64,000 nucleotides of DNA. Origin: Elusimicrobiales bacterium (GTDB lineage: Bacteria > Elusimicrobiota > Elusimicrobia > Elusimicrobiales > UBA9959). Under the pieces are notes generated by a model, which searched no databases, was not told the origin of the DNA, and saw only the letters and a list, made by a program, of their open reading frames with translations. Below are positions 1-7,532 of the stretch, piece after piece. Location: NCBI GenBank assembly GCA_041665305.1, contig JBAYJD010000007.1, forward strand, positions 6,512-70,511, in the 5' to 3' direction. Every line of letters starts with the position of its first letter. Position 1 is the stretch's first letter. The translations under genes were made by a program, and so were the position numbers.

Positions 1-474
1 TGAGTTCTTCTTCAGCAGGCCGGCGCCCAGCGCGCCCATGCGGGCGCAGGCTGCCCTGTCTTCCCGCGTTATCTCCGAGGCCTCCCGTTCCAGCGCTCGG
101 ATCAGCGCGGCGTATTTTACGGATGAAAAATCCTTTTGCGCCGCGATAAAACCGGCGGCTTTCCCGGTCATCCGGTCCGCCGCGTAGAACAGCGCCAGCG
201 CGGTGGGCCTGGCGGCTTTTATTACGCGCGCGGCTTTCGCCAGCAGGGGTCCGGTCTCTTTCCAGGAGCAGGGGCGGCGGGCCCTAAGTTCCAGCGGGAA
301 ACCCCAGGCCGCGGCGCAGCCGATCAGCGGAGCGCCGCGCAAAACCATGTCTTTTATGGCTTTAGCCGTTCCGGAGGCGTCGCGTACGGTCAAATAGGAG
401 GTCTTGTGCGGCAGGAGCCGCTGGTCAAGGACTTTCAAACAGCCTTTCTTATAAATGAGGCGGGAGGGGATCAT
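1..474 (-). CDS. mtnA: S-methyl-5-thioribose-1-phosphate isomerase / eIF-2B-family protein, N-terminal 158 codons (rest lies outside the window)
   Basis: Absent from the ORF track because it is open at the window edge. Manual translation of the minus strand from ATG 474-472 gives MIPSRLIYKKGCLKVLDQRLLPHKTSYLTVRDASGTAKAIKDMVLRGAPLIGCAAAWGF..., a typical MtnA N-terminus (LDQ..LP, VRGAP.IG). Confidence 0.7.
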   Translation of the reverse strand, partial: MIPSRLIYKKGCLKVLDQRLLPHKTSYLTVRDASGTAKAIKDMVLRGAPLIGCAAAWGFPLELRARRPCSWKETGPLLAKAARVIKAARPTALALFYAADRMTGKAAGFIAAQKDFSSVKYAALIRALEREASEITREDRAACARMGALGAGLLKKNS

Positions 475-493
475 GAATAGTGTGGAAACCGCC

Positions 494-555
494 GGGATCA
501 GGGTTTTAGCGCAAGGAGTTCCCCGACTCGGAACCCTCGCCCATACCCTGATCCC
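494..555. repeat. 11-bp perfect inverted repeat GGGATCAGGGT / ACCCTGATCCC with a 40-nt spacer, between the yggU-like stop and the mtnA start
   Basis: Arms at 494-504 and 545-555 read directly from the sequence. No U-tract; function unknown. Confidence 0.5.
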
Positions 556-567
556 CGTACGCCGCGG

Positions 568-831
568 TTACGGAATGGAATCAAGGAGGTTTTTGAGCTC
601 CTCTTCGGTCTTGCCGGTTATCTCAACTGTCTTTTCCCTGCCTTTGGCGCCTCTTATTATGTTGACCATTTTTATCGGCACTTCAAAGAATTCCGACAGG
701 TAATCACGGAGCATGTTGTTTATCTGGAGGTCGGCCGAAGCGGCGCAGATCCTGACGCGCAGAACGCTGCCGATCCTGGAGACCACTTCGTTGTCTTCGC
801 AGTTAGGTATCACTCTGACTTTAACGATCAT
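568..831 (-). CDS. yggU: DUF167 / YggU-family small protein
   Basis: 87-aa ORF (MIVKVRVIPNCEDNEVV...IRGAKGREKTVEITG) resembling the DUF167 family. Preceded by GGGAGGATCA-ATG. Lies directly downstream of yggS, a common pairing. Confidence 0.7.
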   Translation of the reverse strand: MIVKVRVIPNCEDNEVVSRIGSVLRVRICAASADLQINNMLRDYLSEFFEVPIKMVNIIRGAKGREKTVEITGKTEEELKNLLDSIP

Positions 832-899
832 TGATCCTCCCGTGCTGGTTAGCCTGAAAACTGAAGAACGATCTTCATCCGAAAAATGTTATTCTCGGA

Positions 900-1646
900 T
901 CAACTGAACAGCAGTCCTCCTATTCTCGGCAGATTGGCTCCTTCCTGAACCGCCGTTTCAAAATCCCCGCTCATGCCGAGCGAAAGATAGTTTTTAAAAC
1001 CGTAAGCGTTCACCGCTCCCGGAAAATCCCTGTCAAAAAGCCTCTTCGCCTCCCTGAAGACCGGCCTTAAGGTTTCCGGGTCGGGGACATCGGGCGCGAT
1101 AGCCATGTAGCCCGAGGGGCAGATATAGGGCAGTTCCCTCATTTTATCCAGTAGCCCGCGGGCCGCGTCCGGAGTTATGCCGCCCTGTGTTTCCGAGGCA
1201 GCGAGCTTTAACTGGATAAGGATGGGCATTTTTTTGCCCTTCAAAGCCGCGTGCTTCTCGATCTGGGCGGCAAGTTTAAAACTATCCACCGAATCTATCC
1301 AGTCGAACAGGGCTACGGCGCCGCCTGCTTTGTTGGTCTGGAGATGCCCTATAAAGTGTAATTTGACCCGCTGCCTGGCGCCAGAGAGTTCTCCTTGCCC
1401 CCATTTTTTTACGGCGTCCTGCAGCTTGTTCTCGCCGGCGTCCCGGATCCTGCCGTCTTCCGCCAGATATTCGACTTCGCCGGGGTCCGCGTATTTCGTG
1501 ACTGCCAGCAGGTCGACTTCCGCAGGGTTCCTGCCGCTCTTAAGGCAGGCGGCCGCGATCTTTTCAGTTATTAATTGAAAATTTCCCAGAAGTTTTTCTT
1601 TTCTCGCGGATCCCGGTGCCAGCATTCGATGATTATATTTTAGCAA
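900..1646 (-). CDS. yggS: YggS-family pyridoxal-phosphate homeostasis protein (PLPBP)
   Basis: 248-aa ORF with LLAVTKY, HFIGHLQTNK and LSLGMSGDFETAVQEGANLPRIG motifs typical of YggS/PROSC. The true start may be the internal Met (MLAPGS, 1625). Confidence 0.85.
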   Translation of the reverse strand: MLKYNHRMLAPGSARKEKLLGNFQLITEKIAAACLKSGRNPAEVDLLAVTKYADPGEVEYLAEDGRIRDAGENKLQDAVKKWGQGELSGARQRVKLHFIGHLQTNKAGGAVALFDWIDSVDSFKLAAQIEKHAALKGKKMPILIQLKLAASETQGGITPDAARGLLDKMRELPYICPSGYMAIAPDVPDPETLRPVFREAKRLFDRDFPGAVNAYGFKNYLSLGMSGDFETAVQEGANLPRIGGLLFS

Positions 1647-1696
1647 AAAAAAGCTTGTTTACCTAGCGGTAAAATTAGTATTGCGGCGTTTTACTG

Positions 1697-1728
1697 AAAA
1701 TTTTTGCGGCAAAAATTTTTACCATACC
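1697..1728 (+). repeat. A5T5 palindrome element, copy 1 (AAAATTTTTGC-G-GCAAAAATTTTT + ACCATACC)
   Basis: Near-identical strings at 14492-14524 and 35371-35403. Sits in the divergent yggS / MFS intergenic region, about 20 nt upstream of the MFS ORF start. Confidence 0.85.
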
Positions 1729-1747
1729 ATGGATTTGCGGGACAGCC

Positions 1748-3043
1748 GTGGATAAAATGTCGTTTTACGACATTTTATTTGTATCATTTTCTATTATGAA
1801 ATATCCGCCTGGTTTTTGGCTGCTGGCCGTTTCGGAAGGTTTTATGACCGCCGGCTACGCGATGTCCTTCCCTTTTTTGGCCGTCTACCTGAGCGCCAGG
1901 CGCGGAGTTCCCATGGCCTGGGTCGGCGTCTTCCTTTCGTGTTCTATCTTGGTAACTTCCTTCGCGCAGTTCATCGGCGGCGAGATCTCCGACGCCGTAG
2001 GCCGGCGCAAGGTCATGGCGGCGTCCCTGGCGCTGCGGGCGGTCCTTATAGCGGTGATAGCGTGGATAGTTTACGCCGGAGCAGGCCTGTGGGCCATTTT
2101 CGTGTTCCACCCGCTGGGAATGTTCATCGGCTCCTTTTACCATCCCGCCGCCAGGTCCTGGGTGGCGGATTTTGTCGGCCCGTCCCGCAGGATGAAAGCC
2201 TACGGGTTCCTGCGCATGGGGTCGAACACCGGCTGGGCTTTGGGTCCCGCGCTGGGAGGGCTTCTGGCTGAAGGTTCATACGCCGCGCTCTTCTTTGTGT
2301 CGGCCGCCGTCTACGCCGTCTTTGCGATAGTGGTCTCCGTTTTCATCAAGGATGTTCCCGGCGCGGCCGCCGGAAAATTCGCCGCGCCCGATCTCGGTTC
2401 CGGGCTGGCTACTTTAAAAAACCGCGATTTTCTGCGCTTTTGTTTTTTTTCGCTTCTAATCTCTGCCGTAATGAGCCAGCTCGTGGTTTCCAGCTCCCTT
2501 TACTCGAAGACCTATCTGGGCTTTTCCGAAGCGCAGATAGGCCTGCTCTTTTCCGTTAACGGGATCATGGTGGTGCTTGTCCAATATTTCGTTACGCGGA
2601 CGCTTGAGCGCCGCCGCATATCGGCCGGGCTGGCCGTCGGAGCCCTATTCTACGGCGCGGGCTACCTGGCCTTCGGTTACGCGACTGTTTTTTACGCCGC
2701 CGCGGCGGCCATAGCGGTGGTGACCCTGGGAGAACTGGCCGTTTCGCCGGGTCTTCAGGCGCTGGGGGCCAATATGGCCCCCCGGGGCGAGAAGGGGCGG
2801 TATCTGGGCGTCCAGGGTTTGTTCCAGCAGGCGGGCAGTTCGCTGGGTATTCTGGTCGGGTCGAACGCGATAGGCGCGATAAGCCCGTTTTTTCAACAGG
2901 GGCCTTGGTTTATTGTGGCCGCGGCGGCGGCAGCGGCGTCGCTGGGGTTTTCGAGTCTGGGCAGGCGGCTGACGCCGGAGCAGGACGGATTGCGCGACCC
3001 GGAAGCCGCCCCGTCCCCATTGGAATCCCCGGAAGCAATTTGA
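1748..3043 (+). CDS. MFS transporter
   Basis: 431-aa ORF with about 12 hydrophobic segments and the MFS loop motif GGEISDAVGRRKVM between TM2 and TM3. Start codon uncertain (GTG 1748 or a downstream ATG). Confidence 0.8.
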   Translation: MDKMSFYDILFVSFSIMKYPPGFWLLAVSEGFMTAGYAMSFPFLAVYLSARRGVPMAWVGVFLSCSILVTSFAQFIGGEISDAVGRRKVMAASLALRAVLIAVIAWIVYAGAGLWAIFVFHPLGMFIGSFYHPAARSWVADFVGPSRRMKAYGFLRMGSNTGWALGPALGGLLAEGSYAALFFVSAAVYAVFAIVVSVFIKDVPGAAAGKFAAPDLGSGLATLKNRDFLRFCFFSLLISAVMSQLVVSSSLYSKTYLGFSEAQIGLLFSVNGIMVVLVQYFVTRTLERRRISAGLAVGALFYGAGYLAFGYATVFYAAAAAIAVVTLGELAVSPGLQALGANMAPRGEKGRYLGVQGLFQQAGSSLGILVGSNAIGAISPFFQQGPWFIVAAAAAAASLGFSSLGRRLTPEQDGLRDPEAAPSPLESPEAI

Positions 3044-3053
3044 TTGAAAATTT

Positions 3054-3695
3054 TTATTTCGGGGTTACATCCTTAAAATAGTAACCATAAGTTTCCCATG
3101 TTATTTTGCCTTCATTATTGTAGTCGGTGTAGTGTTCTACGATATACCCTCTTGCGATTCGTTCTTCCAGAATTATTTTTTTGGAAGTCCTATTCTGTGT
3201 GGTGGTGGCTTCGGGGAATTCCAGGGTAAATCTGCCGCCTGAATAGGCTCCGTTCATCAGGTTGTTCTTGATCTCTGATATCAGTTTGGCGGTCATGTTA
3301 TCAAAGAAGTTGGGTTGTGCGGACCGTGTCAGATAGGTCCATAGTACGGGATCGAACAAGGGCCCTCCGTTGAGGGTGACTTTCCGACCCATCATAAGCG
3401 CCCCCCTGAAGGTATTCTTGGCGGTACTCGCCACACAGCGCCCGACGAACCAGCCTGTTAACGCGGTGTCAGTGGCCGGATGGCCGCTTGCGAACAAGTT
3501 CGCAAGTTTGTCGTACGCGGTGGCGCCCTGGAGTGATTTCATAAGTTCCGCGGCCACGGCTTCTTGCTGTATCGGTATGCTGAGAGTTTCCACAGGAGTG
3601 GTTTCCAGCTTGAGTGTGTCCAGCGCTTTTTCCGCGGCGTGGACGGATCCCATGCTCTGCGCGACAAGAATTAATATCGCTATTGCTCTTTTCAT
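3054..3695 (-). CDS. secreted hypothetical protein (signal peptide; no domain recognised)
   Basis: 213-aa ORF with N-terminus MKRAIAILILVAQSMGSVHAAEK and an AAGGAG RBS upstream. The DNA is visibly AT-richer than its neighbours. Confidence 0.6.
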   Translation of the reverse strand: MKRAIAILILVAQSMGSVHAAEKALDTLKLETTPVETLSIPIQQEAVAAELMKSLQGATAYDKLANLFASGHPATDTALTGWFVGRCVASTAKNTFRGALMMGRKVTLNGGPLFDPVLWTYLTRSAQPNFFDNMTAKLISEIKNNLMNGAYSGGRFTLEFPEATTTQNRTSKKIILEERIARGYIVEHYTDYNNEGKITWETYGYYFKDVTPK

Positions 3696-3763
3696 TTTCT
3701 AAGTCTCCTTCGATTTGGTTTGTGAATCATGCGGATATAGTTTAGTCTGCAATTAGTCGCACA

Positions 3764-3782
3764 GTAAGGGCCAAAGGACCCA
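3764..3782 (-). promoter_or_regulatory. conserved 19-nt upstream motif (TGGGTCCTTTGGCCCTTAC on the gene strand)
   Basis: An identical 19-mer on the opposite strand at 39554-39572. Both copies lie upstream of, and in the same orientation as, a secreted-protein gene. The 3' TTAC overlaps a weak -35-like hexamer. Confidence 0.35.
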
Positions 3783-3810
3783 CCTATTATCTTTTTTTTG
3801 GCCCGCGCCA

Positions 3811-3846
3811 AATAAAAACCCCCGGCCTTTGGGGCCGGGGGTTTTT
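3811..3846 (-). terminator. Rho-independent terminator of groEL (bidirectional geometry)
   Basis: 9-bp G+C stem CCCCCGGCC / GGCCGGGGG (3819-3827 / 3833-3841), flanked by A5 on one side and T5 on the other. Lies about 50 nt after the groEL stop. Confidence 0.8.
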
Positions 3847-3897
3847 ATTGGCGATCAGCTTGCCGTTATTGTCGTGCTGTCGCGCTGTTGCGCTGAC

Positions 3898-5538
3898 TTA
3901 ATACATGTCTCCGCCGCCGCCCATTCCGCCCATGCCGCCGGGCATCGCGGGCATCTTTTCCTTCCTCTCGGGCAGGTCCGCGACCAGCGCTTCCGTGGTC
4001 AGCAGCGTGCTGGCTATGGAGGCCGCGTTCTCAAGAGCGGTGCGGGTCACTTTGCAGGGATCCACGATACCGGCCTTGATCATGTCCACATATTCCAGCT
4101 TGTCTGCGTCGAAGCCGATCTCGACGGGAGAGTTCTTGATCCTTTCGATCACGATGGAGCCGTCCATTCCGGCGTTCTCAGCTATGATGCGGAGCGGGGA
4201 ATAGATGGCTTTGCGCACGATGTTGATGCCGGTCGCTTCGTCTTCGTTCTCCGGTTTGAGCTTGTCCAGGGCCTTGGAGGCGCGGATGATGGCGGTGCCG
4301 CCGCCGGGGAGCAGGCCTTCCTGCACGCCCGCTTTGGTCGCGTTCCTGGCGTCTTCAACCTTGGATTTTTTGGCTTTCATCTCGGTTTCGGTGGCCGCGC
4401 CGACCCTGATGACCGCCACGCCGCCGGAGAGCTTCGCGAGCCTTTCCTCAAGTTTTTCCTTGTCGTAGTCGGAGGTCGAGTCGTCCATCTGTTTGCGGAT
4501 CTGGGCGGTGCGTTTTTTGATCTCGTTCTTGTCGCCAGCGCCGTCGACGATGGTGGTGTTCTCCTTGTCGATGACGATGCGTTTGGCCCTGCCCAGCTGT
4601 TCCAGCGTGGATTTGTCGAGCTTCATGCCGCGTTCTTCGCTGATGACTTCGCCGCCGGTGAGGATGGCGAGGTCTTCCAGCATCTCTTTGCGCCTGTCGC
4701 CGAAGCCGGGGGCTTTTACGGCGCAGCCTTTAAGGGTGCCGCGCAGTTTGTTGACCACCAGGGTCGCCATCGCTTCGCCTTCGAGGTCTTCCGCGACGAT
4801 GAGGAACTGTTTGCCGGTCTGCACGATCTTTTCAAGGACCGGCAGGAGTTCGGTCATGGCCGAGATCTTCTTGTCGGTGATGACGATGTAGGCGTCTTCC
4901 AGCACGCACTCCATCCTCTCGGGGTCGGTTACGAAGTAAGGGGAGACATAACCTCGGTCGAACTGCATTCCTTCGACGACATCGAGTTCGGTCTCGGAGG
5001 ATTTCCCCTCCTCCACGGTGATCACGCCTTCATGCCCGACTTTTTCCATCGCCTGGGCGATGAGGTCGCCTATGACGCGGTCATTGGCGGAGATGGTCGC
5101 TATCTGGGCTTTCTCTTCCTTGGTCTTGACGGGTTTGGCCATCTTTTTAAGCTCTTCGACCATGGCCTGCACGGCCTTGTCGATGCCTTTCTTAAGATAG
5201 GTGGAGTTGGCTCCGGCCGTGACGTTCTTCAGGCCCTCGGTGAAGATGGCCTGGGTCAGCACGGTGGCGGTGGTGGTCCCGTCGCCGGCCACATCGTTGG
5301 TCTTGGACGCGGCTTCGCGCACCAGCTGGGCGCCCATATCCTCGAAATGGTCTTCCAGCTCTATTTCCTTGGCGATGGTCACGCCGTCGTCTATGATGGT
5401 CGGGGAGCCGAATTTCTTAGAGAGTATGACCGTCTTGCCTTTGGGGCCGAGGGTCACTTTTACGGCGTTCGCCAGCTTGTCCACGCCGGCTTTGAGCCGC
5501 ATTCTGCCTTCTTCCGAATAAATTACCTGTTTAGCCAT
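3898..5538 (-). CDS. groEL: chaperonin GroEL (Hsp60)
   Basis: 546-aa ORF: [12 protein letters not shown]...[13 protein letters not shown]...[10 protein letters not shown]..., with a C-terminal [13 protein letters not shown] tail. Confidence 0.98.
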   Translation of the reverse strand: MAKQVIYSEEGRMRLKAGVDKLANAVKVTLGPKGKTVILSKKFGSPTIIDDGVTIAKEIELEDHFEDMGAQLVREAASKTNDVAGDGTTTATVLTQAIFTEGLKNVTAGANSTYLKKGIDKAVQAMVEELKKMAKPVKTKEEKAQIATISANDRVIGDLIAQAMEKVGHEGVITVEEGKSSETELDVVEGMQFDRGYVSPYFVTDPERMECVLEDAYIVITDKKISAMTELLPVLEKIVQTGKQFLIVAEDLEGEAMATLVVNKLRGTLKGCAVKAPGFGDRRKEMLEDLAILTGGEVISEERGMKLDKSTLEQLGRAKRIVIDKENTTIVDGAGDKNEIKKRTAQIRKQMDDSTSDYDKEKLEERLAKLSGGVAVIRVGAATETEMKAKKSKVEDARNATKAGVQEGLLPGGGTAIIRASKALDKLKPENEDEATGINIVRKAIYSPLRIIAENAGMDGSIVIERIKNSPVEIGFDADKLEYVDMIKAGIVDPCKVTRTALENAASIASTLLTTEALVADLPERKEKMPAMPGGMGGMGGGGDMY

Positions 5539-5559
5539 TATTATTTTCCTCCTGTTGGG

Positions 5560-5866
5560 TTATCTGACTATGCCGAGGACGTCTTCTTCCCTCATGATGA
5601 GGTAATCCTCGTCGTTGATCTTGATCTCGGTGCCGGAATACTTGCCGTAGAGCACCTTGTCGCCTGTTTTAAGTTCCATCGCGATGAGCTTCCCGTCTTC
5701 CGTGGTCTTGCCTTTTCCCGCAGCCACGATCTCCTTCCTGCGGCTTCTCCTTGACGGTGTCGGGGATGATGATCCCCCCTTTCCTGACCTCTTTGGCTTC
5801 CAGGGGCTTTACTATGACCCGGTCCCCAAGAGGCTGGATCTTTATTTTAGTCGCTGTTTCTGCCAT
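5560..5866 (-). pseudogene. groES: co-chaperonin GroES with an interrupted reading frame (true frameshift or assembly error)
   Basis: ATG 5866 with a GGAGG RBS gives [45 protein letters not shown], then nonsense to a stop at 5669. The +1 frame continues [57 protein letters not shown] (stop 5560-5562). The span is 307 nt, not a multiple of 3. The shift maps to GGAGATC near 5729-5736. Confidence 0.75.
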
Positions 5867-5904
5867 ATTGATGTGTCCTCCTTCTCGAATTTCCAAAATG
5901 ATTT

Positions 5905-5931
5905 TTAGCACTTCAACCTTCTAATTGCTAA
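5905..5931. promoter_or_regulatory. CIRCE operator 1 (HrcA site), TTAGCACTT-N9-AATTGCTAA
   Basis: Matches the CIRCE consensus TTAGCACTC-N9-GAGTGCTAA with 3 mismatches. Lies in the groES leader just downstream of the putative -10. Confidence 0.7.
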
Positions 5932-5960
5932 TTTTAGCAAATAGGGTTTTAAAGTGTCAA
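5931..5960 (-). promoter_or_regulatory. sigma70-type promoter of groES-groEL
   Basis: On the minus strand: TTGACA (5960-5955), 18-nt spacer, TAAAAT (5936-5931). About 65 nt upstream of the groES ATG. Confidence 0.55.
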
Positions 5961-5986
5961 TAGCACTCTTTACTGTCGATTGCTAA
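5960..5986. promoter_or_regulatory. CIRCE operator 2, ATAGCACTC-N9-GATTGCTAA
   Basis: 2 mismatches to the CIRCE consensus. Abuts/overlaps the -35 hexamer. Confidence 0.75.
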
Positions 5987-6049
5987 TTTAGCTTTGCGGC
6001 TTCCCGCCGCGGCGGAAAGAACGCGGAGAATGACGGGCGCGGGACCGGA

Positions 6050-6730
6050 CTATTTTTTTATGAAGAACCGGAACCTGGTCGTGCCTGCCTCTATCGTGTC
6101 GTCGTCTTTAAGGAGGACCTTTTCGTTCAGGGGGTTGCCGTTGTGTTTGGCAAAGCCTTCTTTTATCGGCACCAGGTAGTAGCCTTCCGGACGCATGGTT
6201 ATGACGGCCGCGATGTCCGGGCCGGTATTGAAGATCCCGGCTCCTTTGTAGGGGATATTGGCCTGGGCTGTCTTGCCTATATAAGCGGAGAGGCTGGTCA
6301 GTTCGTATTCCGTTTTGCCTTCGCCGCCTCCCTCAAGAACTTCAAGCCCTCCCTGGACCCGGCCCCGTTGAGGCGGGAGTTCGGGTTCGGCTTTGCTCTC
6401 CGGGACGGGCCGTCCGGAACTTGGGGCGGCGTCCTGTGCCGGGGCGTCTTCCACGAATATAAGGAAATATTTTACTATGCCGACGCTGTCGTTGTTGCGG
6501 AGCCCGGCTTTCAGGACTTTTTTGCCGTTGACGAAAGTGCCGTTGGTGGAATTAAGGTCCTCCACGAACCAGGAGCCTCCGGCCCCGTAGAGCTTGCAGT
6601 GATGTCCGGAGACCGTGGCGTTCTCAAGTACGATATCGTTGTCGGGTTTTCGTCCTACGGTGTAGACGGGTTTATCCAGCCTGATCTCTTTCATTACCGC
6701 AGTTTCAAATTTAAGAAGAAGTTTAGGCAT
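6050..6730 (-). CDS. FHA-domain protein (N-terminal FHA plus a second, degenerate FHA-like C-terminal domain)
   Basis: 226 aa. N-terminal FHA pattern: YTVGRKPDNDIVLENATVSGHHCKLY...VEDLNSTNGTFVNGKKV. The start overlaps the PP2C stop by 8 nt. Confidence 0.85.
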   Translation of the reverse strand: MPKLLLKFETAVMKEIRLDKPVYTVGRKPDNDIVLENATVSGHHCKLYGAGGSWFVEDLNSTNGTFVNGKKVLKAGLRNNDSVGIVKYFLIFVEDAPAQDAAPSSGRPVPESKAEPELPPQRGRVQGGLEVLEGGGEGKTEYELTSLSAYIGKTAQANIPYKGAGIFNTGPDIAAVITMRPEGYYLVPIKEGFAKHNGNPLNEKVLLKDDDTIEAGTTRFRFFIKK

Positions 6731-7532
6731 ATGATTTTTTCAGTATGTCTCCCAAGGTTTCTTTCAGCGTCTTTTTTTTAAGCAGGCCGATTATGACGGT
6801 GACGTTGTCCGGCCCCCCGTTCTCGTTGGCGGTCTTGACCATAAGCTCGCAGGCCTTTTGGGCCTCCGGCGTGCTCTTCAGGATCCCTGCGATCTTTTCC
6901 GCCGTAACGGCTTTGAACAGTCCGTCGGTGCAGAGCAGGAAACGGTCGTTCTGCATGGCCGGGACTTCCTTCAGGTCTATCTGCGGCAGTTTTTGGGCGC
7001 CGAGGGCGCGGGTGAGAATATTCTGGAGCGGAGATTTTTCCGCCTGTTCCTGGGTAAGCAGGCCTTTGCGCACATGTTCCATCACAAGGGAGTGGTCTTC
7101 CGTGACCTGCTGCAACACGCCGTCACGGAAAAGGTAAACGCGGGAATCCCCTATGTGGGAGATGACGATCTTATCTCCGGCCAGCAGGATGGCGCTCAGC
7201 GTGGTCCCCATGCCCTTGTTTTCCGGGATTGAGTTTCCGGCCTCGTAGATCACGCTGTTGGCCAGTTGGACCGCGAAGCCCAGCTGGTTCGTTTCAAGGG
7301 AGTATTTAGGGTCGTAATCTCCGGGTTTGAGGCCGGTCCGCCGCATGGACTCGAATTTGTCTCGTGTGACTTTTACCGCCATGGACGAGGCGACTTCCCC
7401 AGAGCTGTGCCCCCCCATGCCGTCGGCCACTATGGCCAGGCCCAGGGCCGGGTCGGTTAAGGCGCTGTCCTCGTTCTTGTCGCGCATTTTTCCGGTATCC
7501 GACAGGAATGCCAGTTCCATCTTAAATCTCAT
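6723..7532 (-). CDS. PP2C-family Ser/Thr protein phosphatase
   Basis: 269 aa with SDTGKMRDKNEDS, VADGMGGHSSGEVAS, LLCTDGL and NGGPDNVTVI motifs. Confidence 0.9.
   Translation of the reverse strand: MRFKMELAFLSDTGKMRDKNEDSALTDPALGLAIVADGMGGHSSGEVASSMAVKVTRDKFESMRRTGLKPGDYDPKYSLETNQLGFAVQLANSVIYEAGNSIPENKGMGTTLSAILLAGDKIVISHIGDSRVYLFRDGVLQQVTEDHSLVMEHVRKGLLTQEQAEKSPLQNILTRALGAQKLPQIDLKEVPAMQNDRFLLCTDGLFKAVTAEKIAGILKSTPEAQKACELMVKTANENGGPDNVTVIIGLLKKKTLKETLGDILKKSYA

Noticed and set aside
5725-5740. Programmed ribosomal frameshift in groES
   Set aside because: There is no slippery heptamer or downstream stimulatory structure at the junction, and I know of no precedent for groES. A simple indel (a real mutation or an assembly error) is more parsimonious.
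3829-5754. 641-aa plus-strand ORF antisense to groEL/groES
   Set aside because: Same GC-driven artefact. The groEL frame is the one with full-length chaperonin homology.
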